From: an uncultured archaeon
GTDB taxonomy: Archaea > Nanobdellota > Nanobdellia > Woesearchaeales > CAIVOO01
Direction of reading: 5' to 3'
NCBI GenBank assembly: GCA_963845175.1
Contig: CAWJRI010000015.1
Coordinates: forward strand, 21,316 to 85,315
Length of the DNA: 64,000 nt
Program-made: the position numbers and the translations under genes
Shown: in pieces, positions 30,594 to 40,787 of the stretch
Layout of the letters: the number at the start of each line of letters is the position of its first letter
Numbering within the stretch: the stretch's first letter is position 1
Notes under the pieces: model-generated
Seen by the model: only the letters and a program-made list of their open reading frames with translations
Told to the model about the DNA's origin: nothing
Database searches by the model: none

Positions 30594-31910
30594 TTAAATC
30601 TCTTTCTTTTCTTCCTTCATTGCAAACGGCGCAGAACCGCCGTGCCATGTCAGCCTAGGCCTTATCCTCAGAGGGAACATCCTTTCATTTGTATCATCGA
30701 ATATTATCGCAGCTCCGCTCATTCTCGGCAGGTCATCCAGCTGCTTCACAAGCCCTTCCCTCATATAACTCTGCATCAGTGCGCCCAATGCCTCAACATC
30801 AAGCTTTGCAGTTATCCTGTGCGCAATCATAGTATCTGACTGTGTCATAACGTCGCTGTGTATCTTTCCTGGCTGCTGTGTAGCAAGTATCAATGAAATT
30901 CCAGGCTGCCTCCCTTCCCTAAGAATTGTTATCAAGGCGCTTGAAGCAGCTGTCGAGCCTTCAAAAGGCAGGAACTCGTGCGCCTCGTCAACAACAAGCC
31001 AGACAAGCGGCATCTCAAGCTTTTCCTTTTGCTCTTCGCTGAAATAATGTGTTGCTTCATTAACCGACTGGTATTCTTCATATTTCCTTGCTATCATCCT
31101 TTCTATGAATAATTTTTTTGCAATCAGGCCGAGCGCAAGCGCCTTAATGCCCCAGCCGCCAGGCATTGTCGCGTAAACGCTCAAGTCAAGAACAGCAACC
31201 TGGCCGCCTTTTGCAAGGTCGCTCATCTCAGTTCCTTTCTCATCAAAAAGGCCCCAGGTGTCAGCTGCAAGGAAATGGTTCTCGACAATGTCTTTTATCC
31301 TCTGTTCTGCCCTTTTGTCAGCCTGCACTTCTTCAATAATGTCATTTATTGAATATGATTTTTTTTCTTTCTGCATATTGTGTATAGTCCTTTCAAGCAG
31401 GACTCCTTCATCGCTGTTATTGTTAATATTAAAGCATTTCAGCCAGTCCTCTGAGTCCAGGTCAACCGGCTTTATCGAGAAGGGGAAATCAGTAGGTATT
31501 CCTTTTTCCTTGTTTTCCTTAAAATAACCTGTTGGCGTGAATATTGCAACGTTTAATCCTTTTGGCTTTAACCCCGACTCTTCCAGCAATACAGCATCCT
31601 TGAGATTTGGATATTTCATTGTCCAGTAAACCCCCATTGTATCAAGAAGTATTATGCTTATATTATCTTTCACTTCAGGAGGAAGGTCAGCAACACCCTC
31701 TGCAATGACTCCCATTGTGTAAGACTTGCCGCTGCCTCTCTTGCCGCATATGAAAACAACGTGTGACTTGGCAACATCCATAAATATTTTATTTGAAAGC
31801 GAGGTTACAGGACCCATCTTTACAAACTGCCTTCCAAGATAAATCGTTCCCTTGTCTCCAAACTTTTTCTTGTCATCCTCATCCCTGCCTATAATAATCT
31901 CGTAAGCCAT
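30594..31910 (-). CDS. HerA/FtsK-superfamily ATPase (DUF87-like)
   Basis: GKRGSGKS, D.MG.YW, VVDEAH, REGRQPG, ATQQP. Confidence 0.85.
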   Translation of the reverse strand: MAYEIIIGRDEDDKKKFGDKGTIYLGRQFVKMGPVTSLSNKIFMDVAKSHVVFICGKRGSGKSYTMGVIAEGVADLPPEVKDNISIILLDTMGVYWTMKYPNLKDAVLLEESGLKPKGLNVAIFTPTGYFKENKEKGIPTDFPFSIKPVDLDSEDWLKCFNINNNSDEGVLLERTIHNMQKEKKSYSINDIIEEVQADKRAEQRIKDIVENHFLAADTWGLFDEKGTEMSDLAKGGQVAVLDLSVYATMPGGWGIKALALGLIAKKLFIERMIARKYEEYQSVNEATHYFSEEQKEKLEMPLVWLVVDEAHEFLPFEGSTAASSALITILREGRQPGISLILATQQPGKIHSDVMTQSDTMIAHRITAKLDVEALGALMQSYMREGLVKQLDDLPRMSGAAIIFDDTNERMFPLRIRPRLTWHGGSAPFAMKEEKKEI

Positions 31911-32014
31911 GACCTTTAAAATCCCCATAGCGTATAAATATGTTTTTCAACACTGTAAAATAGTAATAGCTCATAGAAAGATTTATTTATATGTTCTTTA
32001 TCTTTTTATTTGGG

Positions 32015-32650
32015 ATGGCAAAAAAACACAAAAAACTGCCTGTTGAAACAATTTTTGTTGTAGTAGCTGTAATTGCCATAGTCCTTGTTCTTTACCTTTC
32101 CCAGAAATCAAATACAAATATGCCAAAACCAGTTGTATCTGTCAATGGCCAGGCAATAACAACAGCTGACCTTGACAATATTGCGCTTACAATACCTGCC
32201 CAGCAGAGGCAGTCGCTGACAAAGGATAATCTTACTGAAATCGCAATTTCAAACGCATTGATGATGCAGGAGGCTACAAAAAGAGGCATAACTGTTTCCG
32301 ATGCAGAGGTTAATTCATTGATTGAAAAATTTATTGCGCAAAACAACCTCACTATGCAGGATTACGAGAAACTGCTGCAGCAGCAGGGTGTTGACATAAA
32401 TTTCATAAAGAATGTTTATACAGAGCAGCTTATGCAGTTCAAGCTGATGAACGAGACAGTTCTTAGCAGCGTAAGCGTCAGCGAGAACGAGACAAAGCAA
32501 TTCTATGACATGTACAAGACGCAGATAAATAATACCTATGAAAATTCAAAGGATGAACTGGCAAATATAATCAAGTTCCAGAAAGCGCAGCAGGCATTTT
32601 CTACATTTGTACAGCAGCTAAGGACAAACGCGCAGATAAAATATTATTAA
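32015..32650 (+). CDS. Membrane-anchored SurA/PrsA N-domain chaperone without a parvulin domain
   Basis: TM then VNG..IT, QEA.KRGITVSD.EV, L..NA.I. Confidence 0.75.
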   Translation: MAKKHKKLPVETIFVVVAVIAIVLVLYLSQKSNTNMPKPVVSVNGQAITTADLDNIALTIPAQQRQSLTKDNLTEIAISNALMMQEATKRGITVSDAEVNSLIEKFIAQNNLTMQDYEKLLQQQGVDINFIKNVYTEQLMQFKLMNETVLSSVSVSENETKQFYDMYKTQINNTYENSKDELANIIKFQKAQQAFSTFVQQLRTNAQIKYY

Positions 32651-32871
32651 CGCTTCCCTGGCTTTTGCTTTACATCCATTATTAATTCTTCTGTTTCAGA
32701 TCCCTTTGTCATTGATATTATCGAAGCGATGAACATCGCTATAAACACTATCAAGAAGGCAATGCCGAAATTCTTTGATGCAGGATAAACCCAGACCGCA
32801 GAAATCGCAAATCCAAGTATGCTTGCCAGCATAAACGATCCTGACAACGGAGCTATTTTGTATTTTGCCAT
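32647..32871 (-). CDS. Small 2-TM hypothetical protein
   Basis: Clean 74-aa ORF with GAGGT RBS, directly after trpS. Confidence 0.7.
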   Translation of the reverse strand: MAKYKIAPLSGSFMLASILGFAISAVWVYPASKNFGIAFLIVFIAMFIASIISMTKGSETEELIMDVKQKPGKR

Positions 32872-32907
32872 TTTATACCTCTTTTCTTTTTTTATTTATA
32901 AATGTTT

Positions 32908-33996
32908 TTATTTGAACTCTACAAACTTCAGCTCTTTTACCTTTTTTCTGGCCTTTTCCATATCTTTTTCAAACTTTTCCATGAACTTTGTCATAAGCTC
33001 GCAGGCATGCTGCTTGTCCTCGCCGCACATCAGCTTCCCTGCCTTGCAGTCGTCATAAATCTTCTGCAGCTGTTTGTCATCGTCTATCAGATGCTGCTTG
33101 TAAAGCTCGAAAATCATGCACCTCTCGGGCTGGCCCCCAAGCTTTTTCTGCTCATCTATTGTGTCTCTTCCGCCTGTCAGCGCACCCCTTAGCTTTCTGC
33201 AGGCTTCCTTTGTATTTTCAGGAAGCTCTATGCATGAAGCTGGCTTTGACTTTGACATCTTCAATTCGCCGTCTAAGGAAGGCGTGAATTTGTTGTAGGT
33301 GGCTGATGGCGGTATGAAATTGTAGCTTGATTTTGTCCTTTCAACAATATCCCTTGTTAATCTTATGTGCGGATCCTGGTCAATGCCGACAGGTATAACG
33401 CCAGGCATCTGTTCCTTCAGCTGCGGATAGAGAATGTCGCCTGCCTGTGTCAATGCGCTCATTATCCTTCCCGGGTCAGCACTCCCGTAAATTGATCTGA
33501 ACTCGTTCAATGTTATCTTTTTTGAGAAATTATAAGCCATATGCACAACTTCCTTGTTCTCTGACTGCAGGTAGAATGTTGTTTTCTTTGGGTCAAGCCC
33601 AAGCGCAATCCAGGCAGGTATGTGGAAGTCAAGTGCTGTCTTCCTTGCTTTTTCCAATGAAACACCTCTCGTTGCAGCTGCCTCCAAATCAGCAACCAGA
33701 ACATAGGTTTTTGCGCCGTGCTCCTGGAAATAATTCATCATCTCAACAACCATCTTGTTGCCAAAATGAATCTTTTCAGCAGAGGGCATTACCCCTGTCA
33801 GCGCATAGAACTTCTCCTTCTTTTTTATCGCGCCAGCCAGAATCCTCAAGTCCCTTCCTGCGAAAACAATGCTCCTTCTCATCAGCCTGTTCGGCTCCGG
33901 GAATAATTTTGGGTTGAATGTCTCCAGCCCAAATGCCTTTACGACATCCTCATAATCCTTCACCAAAACAGAGCCCCAGGGGTCTATTAGCACCAT
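32908..33996 (-). CDS. trpS: Tryptophanyl-tRNA synthetase (archaeal type)
   Basis: IDPW, G.MPS...HFGN, QAGDIL, PVGIDQDPH.RLTRD, KMSKS, TGGR, CGEDK. Confidence 0.93.
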   Translation of the reverse strand: MVLIDPWGSVLVKDYEDVVKAFGLETFNPKLFPEPNRLMRRSIVFAGRDLRILAGAIKKKEKFYALTGVMPSAEKIHFGNKMVVEMMNYFQEHGAKTYVLVADLEAAATRGVSLEKARKTALDFHIPAWIALGLDPKKTTFYLQSENKEVVHMAYNFSKKITLNEFRSIYGSADPGRIMSALTQAGDILYPQLKEQMPGVIPVGIDQDPHIRLTRDIVERTKSSYNFIPPSATYNKFTPSLDGELKMSKSKPASCIELPENTKEACRKLRGALTGGRDTIDEQKKLGGQPERCMIFELYKQHLIDDDKQLQKIYDDCKAGKLMCGEDKQHACELMTKFMEKFEKDMEKARKKVKELKFVEFK

Positions 33997-34015
33997 ATTG
34001 CCTTTATTTTTTTCT

Positions 34016-34450
34016 TTATTTAAAAAGGTTTCTAACAACATCCAATGCCTTTTCCCTTGTTCTCGGGAAGCAGGCAATTACAATTTTGACATGGAAGCAG
34101 TTTCCAGAATCAGTCACCCAGTATTTGTTTTCCAATAGTTTTTCCTTGTCAAGCCTCAGGAAGAAGTTGAATTCAGAATCAAGCCTCGACTCTGCCTGCC
34201 CTGCCAATAATTCTTTTTGCTCCCTGCTTAATTTTTCAGTTAAATTCAGCAGGAACTTGTTTATCTGGCTGTCCTTTTCCAGCCTAATTTCAAAAATCTT
34301 TATTTTTCTTTCATTGAAACCTTCTGCAGAGCTTTGATTTAGCTTTACCCTGTCATCGGGAACAAGCTCCTTCAGTTTTTCAGCTATTTTCTTTTCATCC
34401 TCTCTTTCGTAGGAGAAAACCCTCAGCTCAGCAAAATGTGCAAGCTTCAT
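34016..34450 (-). CDS. DUF54-like RNA-binding protein
   Basis: ED..KI, AEGF, FFLRLDK motifs. Confidence 0.7.
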   Translation of the reverse strand: MKLAHFAELRVFSYEREDEKKIAEKLKELVPDDRVKLNQSSAEGFNERKIKIFEIRLEKDSQINKFLLNLTEKLSREQKELLAGQAESRLDSEFNFFLRLDKEKLLENKYWVTDSGNCFHVKIVIACFPRTREKALDVVRNLFK

Positions 34451-34534
34451 GAGAATTGTTAAGCTTAATTTACTTATTAATTTTTTCCATAACCGCAAGA
34501 TTTAAAAACAATATATGATTTTTAAGCATCAGTC

Positions 34535-34987
34535 ATGTATAAACCCCCAACAATAGAGAATGTAATAGAGGCAGAGATAAGGAAGGAGATAAAGGATCAT
34601 AAATGGGTTCTTGGCGAAAGGCAGATGCGTGATCCTGGTTTCAATTACTCACTTGATGATTGGATAAAAAATCATTTCTATAAATGGGCTGAATGGTTTG
34701 TTTCTTCCAAATCAGGATTTTCTTATGAAGCAGCTGAAATAGCCAAATATGTGGAATTGACTGGAAATTCTGAGATGGAATGGACTGAAAAATATGCAGC
34801 TTCCTGGAGAAAGACAAGGGAAGACTGCACACATCTTGTAAAGTCATGCATTAATGGACATATCACAAACATCAGCGAAATTGTTTATTTTTTTGTTCCA
34901 AAGGAAAAAGAGCCTTTTGCACTTCCAGAAACAGCAACACATATAAATGTCCGCCCATCCAGCCTGACCTATGAAGCACACCCTTAA
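34535..34987 (+). CDS. Hypothetical protein, DUF4032-like
   Basis: EI..HKW.L.E...D.G....DW pattern with a partial repeat (EW..KYA..WR). Confidence 0.5.
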   Translation: MYKPPTIENVIEAEIRKEIKDHKWVLGERQMRDPGFNYSLDDWIKNHFYKWAEWFVSSKSGFSYEAAEIAKYVELTGNSEMEWTEKYAASWRKTREDCTHLVKSCINGHITNISEIVYFFVPKEKEPFALPETATHINVRPSSLTYEAHP

Positions 34988-35864
34988 GATAACGCTTTTC
35001 CTTGTTGTAATATTTCTCTTCTCGCAGATAATTGGACTTGGAATTGTTAACGAGTACATAGACCATAAGGCAACGGCTGTAACCGGAAATACTGTTTTCA
35101 AGCAATTGCCTTATAATATTACAAGGCCGCAGATTGAGGAAAGAACATCATTTATCTGGATTTTCGCGGCAATCCTGCTTGGAACTGGATTGATTTTCCT
35201 GATAATGAAATTTGGAGGCGGTGGCATCTGGAAAACTTGGTTTTTCCTGAGTGTCTTCATCTGCCTGACATTTGCATTCGGTGCTTTTGTCAACCAATAC
35301 CTTGCTCTTGCACTGGCATTAATCTTTTCTTTCTGGAAAGTCTTCAAGCCAAACATCTATGTGCACAATCTTTCAGAGCTTTTTATTTATGGCGGTCTGG
35401 CTGCAATCTTTGTGCCGATTATGAATGTATTTGCAGTGACTGTTCTGCTTATATTAATTTCAGGCTATGACGCCTATGCTGTCTGGAAAAGCAAGCATAT
35501 GATTAAGCTTGCGAAGTGGCAGTCAAAGGAAAAGATTTTTGCAGGATTGCTTCTACCATATAAAATGCCTAAAAGAGTTCCAAAAGAAGCCCCGAAGAAA
35601 TTAGTCAAAGTAAAGACAGCTATTCTTGGTGGAGGAGACATCGGCTTCCCATTGATATTTGCAGGCGTTGTGATGAAAAGCTTGATGCTCAATCATTCTG
35701 TTTTAGTCGGCTTCCTGCAGTCATTGATTGTTGTTGCATTCTCAACACTAGCCTTGCTTATTCTTCTGGTGAAGGCGAAGAAAGACCAGTTCTACCCAGC
35801 GATGCCATTTATTTCAGCTGGCTGCTTTGTCGGCGCGCTTGTTGTGTGGCTGATTAATATTTAA
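34971..35864 (+). CDS. Presenilin/SPP-family GxGD intramembrane aspartyl protease
   Basis: YD (GYDAYAV), LGGGD and PAMP motifs; about 9 TM. Confidence 0.88.
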   Translation: MKHTLKITLFLVVIFLFSQIIGLGIVNEYIDHKATAVTGNTVFKQLPYNITRPQIEERTSFIWIFAAILLGTGLIFLIMKFGGGGIWKTWFFLSVFICLTFAFGAFVNQYLALALALIFSFWKVFKPNIYVHNLSELFIYGGLAAIFVPIMNVFAVTVLLILISGYDAYAVWKSKHMIKLAKWQSKEKIFAGLLLPYKMPKRVPKEAPKKLVKVKTAILGGGDIGFPLIFAGVVMKSLMLNHSVLVGFLQSLIVVAFSTLALLILLVKAKKDQFYPAMPFISAGCFVGALVVWLINI

Positions 35865-35902
35865 TCAAAACCTTTTTAAATACCCTTTCTATAGAGCTTT
35901 AT

Positions 35903-36171
35903 GGCGGGCTATGCTGGGGTGCTAGCCGTACCCTGTCACCTTAAATCGGCTTCACGAAGGGGCTATACGCAGGACGAGAGGCAAGCAGTGCTTGCTGGTC
36001 TTGGGTCGTACCATGAGATTCTGTCCTGTAGGATCTTCGTTATGGGAAATGGGTCAGGCTGGGAACAGAGCAGCCCTAACCTTAATGCTTGATGCTTATG
36101 GGGTAGCGGAATTGAGGAAAACTCGAGGCAAACCAGCAGGTGTTGTTTGTTCCGAATTCTGCGGGCTCGCC
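35903..36171 (+). ncRNA. ffs: SRP RNA (archaeal 7S)
   Basis: Helix 8 GTCAGG-CTG-GGAA-CAG-AGCAGC; Alu helices with loop-loop complement AGCCG/CGGCT; ends pair GGCGGGC/GCTCGCC; TATA at about 35873. Confidence 0.9.
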
Positions 36172-36280
36172 GCTTTATAATTCTTAGAATTAATACTTAT
36201 TAAATCCTCAATTTTATGTGAAAATCAAAACAATAATAACAGTATTTTTATTGCTAAAAAATAGATTGGCATCATATTAT

Positions 36281-36682
36281 TTAAGTTTTAAGTTCATTAT
36301 ATAATCCAGATAAAAATTTTTTAGAATATCCATTATTAATTAATCTCATCAGTTGTTTTTTTTCTATTTTTCTTTTGGATACTAATTTAATTAAATCGTC
36401 AAATTCTTCAAAATGAGTTATTGTTTTTTCAATATATTGATGGAAAGACGTATCTCCGCTTGTATCTTGATTGTTAAATTCTTTTTCATTATCAAGTTTT
36501 TTAATCTGATTTTGGGTGATAGTATCCAATGAGGCTTCATTCCCAAGAAAATTATCTTTATCTTCTTTTACTCTTATGCCCCCTATAGAATTATAGAAAG
36601 CTACATCTAATTTTGATCTCGACCAACCATAATCCTTCGAACATTCGCTGAAATATTTTACAATCTTAATCTCTTCTGTCAT
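36281..36682 (-). CDS. Hypothetical protein, AT-rich
   Basis: 133-aa ORF with no recognised motif. Confidence 0.5.
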   Translation of the reverse strand: MTEEIKIVKYFSECSKDYGWSRSKLDVAFYNSIGGIRVKEDKDNFLGNEASLDTITQNQIKKLDNEKEFNNQDTSGDTSFHQYIEKTITHFEEFDDLIKLVSKRKIEKKQLMRLINNGYSKKFLSGLYNELKT

Positions 36683-36777
36683 TTTTTATCACATAACAAT
36701 AGCAAACTAGCTAATAGTTAAATATTATCATTATATTTTAATACGAAAACGTAATATTTATAAATATAAACAGCTTA

Positions 36778-37755
36778 TTGTATAAAATGCTTGATGAGTT
36801 AGATAAGAAAATTTTGTACGAGCTGGGTAAAAATGCCAGATTGAGTTACAGCCAGATTTCCAAAGAGATTAAGTCAAAAAAACCAATAGTCGCTTACCAT
36901 GTTCAGAATTTGGAAAAGAAGGGAATTATTTGGAAATATGTCCCCATAATCTCGTTAAGCAGATTAGGGATTTATGCTCACAAGATTTACTTCAGATTTC
37001 GTGGATTGAATAAAGAGAAAAAGAAAGAGCTGATCGAAGAATTTGTTAAGAATAAATACATTAATTGGGTTGCAGAATCTGTAGGAGTCTGGGATCTGAT
37101 GCTTTCCATATACGCCAAAAATATTATGGAATTTATGATAAGAAAAAATGAGATTTTTGAAAAATATGGAGAATTTGTTCAAGATTATTCCATTACATTA
37201 TTAGAAGATGCTTTGGTTTTTAATAGAGATTATCTTATTAAAAAAAATATAAATTATCGTAAAGAATTTATTTTTGGTGGAAAAATAGAAATAGAAGAAA
37301 TAGATGAAAAACAGAAGAAAATTTTAAGATTAATTAGAAATGATGGGAAATTTTCTATTTTAAATATTGCGAAAAGAATAAATCTTAATGTTGGTACTAT
37401 TCAAAGCAAGATAAAAGATTTAGAGAAAAGAGGAATCATTCAGGGTTATACTACTTTCGTTAACCTCAATAAAACCAATTTAAAATTTTTCAAGTTATGC
37501 GTTCATCTTCAAAGATATAGTCGAAAAGAATTTACAGAATTGTTAAGTTATTGTAAAGCGAATAAAAATGTTATTCATTTGATTAAATCTATAGGCAACT
37601 GGGAATTAGAAATAGAGTTAGAATCTGACAATTTAGATTATATTTATGAATTCGTTGATGACCTTAAAACCAAGTTTCCTAATACTATCAAAAAGATTGA
37701 TTTAATTATCATTAAAAATGAGAGAAAATTAGACTTCTTCCCAGAATGGTATTAA
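36778..37755 (+). CDS. Tandem Lrp/AsnC-family transcription regulator
   Basis: Two HTH plus ligand-domain units (LD.KIL.EL..NAR; IDEK..KIL.....DG; G.WDL and GNWE). Confidence 0.85.
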   Translation: MYKMLDELDKKILYELGKNARLSYSQISKEIKSKKPIVAYHVQNLEKKGIIWKYVPIISLSRLGIYAHKIYFRFRGLNKEKKKELIEEFVKNKYINWVAESVGVWDLMLSIYAKNIMEFMIRKNEIFEKYGEFVQDYSITLLEDALVFNRDYLIKKNINYRKEFIFGGKIEIEEIDEKQKKILRLIRNDGKFSILNIAKRINLNVGTIQSKIKDLEKRGIIQGYTTFVNLNKTNLKFFKLCVHLQRYSRKEFTELLSYCKANKNVIHLIKSIGNWELEIELESDNLDYIYEFVDDLKTKFPNTIKKIDLIIIKNERKLDFFPEWY

Positions 37756-37789
37756 TATGATGCCAACTTAAAGATCACTATGTTTGGCG

Positions 37790-40585
37790 TTAAATTACAA
37801 GAATCGCAGGCTTGCCAGGCAGCGCCTGCCTCGCCTTCTGCTCCTTTGAATCCTGCGCATTGATTATTTCAATTTTTAAACCCAGTTCTTTTTCAAGAAA
37901 TTCTTTCGATTCCTTTAAAAAACCAAGTTCATTTTTCTGTGAAGAAACAAATTCAGGTATTTTGTCAATTATCTTCGGCAGCATCTTTGATATATCCTGC
38001 CCATGCTTCTTCAAATCAGTCTGCATGACTGCTTTCAGAACCTTTCCCGTGTTTCTTTCTTCTGCATTCTCCTTCATAAACTTATAAAAATCATATTTCC
38101 ATTGCTCTGAAATAATCACGTTTGCCTTGTTTGGCTTATCTATCTTTGAAAGTTTTATAATCTCTCTTACGTCAGAAACGAGCTGTTCCACCATCTCTTC
38201 GTTCCTGTTTAATTCTTCCTTTATCTTGCCTGCCTGCGGCCAGGATGCGACTGAAACAAATCCTTTTTTCCCTATTTTCTCCCATATTTCCTCACAAACA
38301 AATGGCGCGAACGGCGAAAGCATCAGCAATTGGGTTTCAATAAACTTATTCATCATGCTTTTATTCGGCACAGCTGTTCTTTTAAGATACCATTTAAGGA
38401 TTCTCTGCATGTCAAAAAATCCCTTTAGCAGCGCAGTTCTGAACATGGTTTCTTCCATCGCTTCGGATGTCTCTTTTATTAATTTGTTTATGTTTGATTC
38501 GAACCAATCGTCTATTTGTTTTTTATCATTTCTTCCCTTATTGTAATTTGATACGCAGAAATCATAAAACTGCTCAATTCTTGGCATGAATGATTTAACA
38601 AATGCAGTGTCAAAATTCACGTCGTCAAGGCCTTCACCGCCATAAAGCACAGCAACTCTTGAAGCGTCTGCTCCAAACTCAGAGACAAGATTCCTAATAA
38701 GCAAAAAATTTCCTTTTGACTTTGACATTTTCTCGCCATCAACTGTAATCCAGCCATTTGCGCCAATTCCTTTTGGCCAGTATTTTTCAGGGAATATTGC
38801 AGTATGGTTGAAAATGCAGAATGTAAGGTGGTTTTGGATTAAATCCTTGCCAGAGTTCCTGAAATCCAGCGGATACCAGTATTCAAACTCTTTTTTTAAC
38901 TCATCAATTATTTTGATATCCGGCTTGCTGCCTTTTCCAAGGAAAACATAATCAAATAATTTGTCATCAATTTTTTCAATTGGAATTTCTTTTATCCTGT
39001 GCGAGATTGTATAAAATGACATGTATATCGTCGAATCAGACAGACTTTCAATAACCCATTTTTCATCCCAAGGAAGTTTTGTGCCAAGCCCGAATTCCCT
39101 TGTGCACGGCCAGTCATTCAGCCAGTCAATCACATAATCAAACTGGTTTCTTGCCTTTTCAGGATAAAGCTTAATCTTGTCAAGGCATTTGTGGGTAATT
39201 TTTTTCCATTCAGGATTTGAATAATTCAGGAACCACTGGTCTGAAACAATTTTTACAATCGAAGGAGTCAGGCACCTGCATACAACTCTGCCTGTCAGTT
39301 CATAAAACTTGTCTGCTTTTTTATTCTCAATCAGCTCTTTCTTCACAAGCTCCTTTGCTTTCTCAACAGGCATCCCCGAGTATTTGCCGCAATTTTTGTT
39401 CATTACTCCAGCATAAAATCCTGCCTTGTATACAATCTTTTTTGCTTTCTCAAGTTTTTCGCGTTCATGCTGGTTGTTTACTTTCATTTCATCGCATATT
39501 TTAACAGCAGGCATATCCCCCATTTCCCTGGTGAAAATGATTGGAATTGGCTTAATTTTATTTATTTTTTCAAAATCAAGTCCGTATTTTTTGCACAGTT
39601 TCTCATCTGACTGCAGATCTTTTAGTCCAATGTAATCATCAGGGGCGTCTGAAGGAACAGATGTCACTATGCCCGTGCCTTTATCAGGATCGCAAAAAAA
39701 TGAAGGCAGAATTATTATTTCCCTGTCTATACCTGGGGCAATACAGATTTTTCCAATTAAATCTTTTCCTGCTATTTTTCCGGTCTCTTTGACATTCTTG
39801 TCCTGCTCTTTTAATTTAGAGAAAAATTGCTCAGAACCAATCCAGATTTCCCCATCAACTTTGGCTTTTTTGTACTCTGTCTCAGGATCAACCCAGAGAT
39901 TTGTCTGCCCATAAACTGTTTCCGGCCTCAATGTTGCCGCAATAATATAATCTGTTCCAAACTTAAATTTTAATAATGTAAATTCCTGAGGAGTCTCACC
40001 CTCTCCTTCTACCCTTGAATGATCTCCGACAGGTGAGTTGTCTTTTTTGCACCACACAACAGGGTGCTTTCCCTTTACGACATAGTTTTTTTCTTTTAAT
40101 TTTCTGAACTGCCATTGAATAAATTTGTCATAATAAGGATTAAGGGAGGTTGTTACGAATTCTCTCCTAAAATCTATTGAAATGCCTGCGTTTTTGTAGT
40201 CCTTCTTGTATTCTTTTGGAAAAAATTCAACCCAATACTCTGTATTGCCGAATTTTTTAATGTCTTTGTCAGAAAATCCCATTTCTTTCATAATTTTGAT
40301 TTGTTTTGGCTCGTTTTCTCTTATTCTTTCAGCAGCATTTTCAATAGGAGAGCCAGTGCAATGCCAGCCCTGAGGGAATAGAACATTAAACCCATTCATG
40401 CGCTTGTATCTAGAAAATGCCTCAATTCTCATCAACGTGTAAAAGTGTCCCAGATGAGAATATCCATTCATGTAAGGATATGGAAACGTTCCGAAGAATT
40501 TTTTTCTTTTATCTGGATTCGCCTCAAACAGCTTAGCAACTTCCCACTTCTTCTGCCACTTTTCCTGGATCTTTATGAAGTCCAT
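37790..40585 (-). CDS. leuS: Leucyl-tRNA synthetase (archaeal type)
   Basis: PYMNG..HLGH, ATLRPET, GTGIVTSVPSDAPDD, GKDL..NHL, KMSKS, ALPGKPAI. Confidence 0.96.
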   Translation of the reverse strand: MDFIKIQEKWQKKWEVAKLFEANPDKRKKFFGTFPYPYMNGYSHLGHFYTLMRIEAFSRYKRMNGFNVLFPQGWHCTGSPIENAAERIRENEPKQIKIMKEMGFSDKDIKKFGNTEYWVEFFPKEYKKDYKNAGISIDFRREFVTTSLNPYYDKFIQWQFRKLKEKNYVVKGKHPVVWCKKDNSPVGDHSRVEGEGETPQEFTLLKFKFGTDYIIAATLRPETVYGQTNLWVDPETEYKKAKVDGEIWIGSEQFFSKLKEQDKNVKETGKIAGKDLIGKICIAPGIDREIIILPSFFCDPDKGTGIVTSVPSDAPDDYIGLKDLQSDEKLCKKYGLDFEKINKIKPIPIIFTREMGDMPAVKICDEMKVNNQHEREKLEKAKKIVYKAGFYAGVMNKNCGKYSGMPVEKAKELVKKELIENKKADKFYELTGRVVCRCLTPSIVKIVSDQWFLNYSNPEWKKITHKCLDKIKLYPEKARNQFDYVIDWLNDWPCTREFGLGTKLPWDEKWVIESLSDSTIYMSFYTISHRIKEIPIEKIDDKLFDYVFLGKGSKPDIKIIDELKKEFEYWYPLDFRNSGKDLIQNHLTFCIFNHTAIFPEKYWPKGIGANGWITVDGEKMSKSKGNFLLIRNLVSEFGADASRVAVLYGGEGLDDVNFDTAFVKSFMPRIEQFYDFCVSNYNKGRNDKKQIDDWFESNINKLIKETSEAMEETMFRTALLKGFFDMQRILKWYLKRTAVPNKSMMNKFIETQLLMLSPFAPFVCEEIWEKIGKKGFVSVASWPQAGKIKEELNRNEEMVEQLVSDVREIIKLSKIDKPNKANVIISEQWKYDFYKFMKENAEERNTGKVLKAVMQTDLKKHGQDISKMLPKIIDKIPEFVSSQKNELGFLKESKEFLEKELGLKIEIINAQDSKEQKARQALPGKPAILVI

Positions 40586-40587
40586 AA

Positions 40588-40785
40588 TCAGAATTTTTTG
40601 AACTGGGCAATTGTGTCTATCAAATCAACGTGGCCTAGGAACATCGCCCTGCAGCAGTATCTCTCAAGCCCAAGGCTGTCTAATACCTTCTTCTTGTCCT
40701 CGCCTTTTGCAACTCTCTCCTCATATTCTTCCCACAAGTGCGCGATTGGCTTTCCGCAGCTCCAGCATCTTATTGGTATTATCAT
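40588..40785 (-). CDS. rpo10: RNA polymerase subunit Rpo10 (N)
   Basis: MIIPIRCWSCGK...RYCCR. Confidence 0.96.
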   Translation of the reverse strand: MIIPIRCWSCGKPIAHLWEEYEERVAKGEDKKKVLDSLGLERYCCRAMFLGHVDLIDTIAQFKKF

Positions 40786-40787
40786 TT

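Noticed and set aside
30594..31910. HerA-like ATPase as a defence system or HerA-NurA repair module
   Set aside because: No nuclease, SIR2, NurA, Mre11 or Rad50 gene is adjacent; the context is housekeeping
35901..36180. ORFs of 63 and 62 aa
   Set aside because: They overlap the SRP RNA, which explains the sequence
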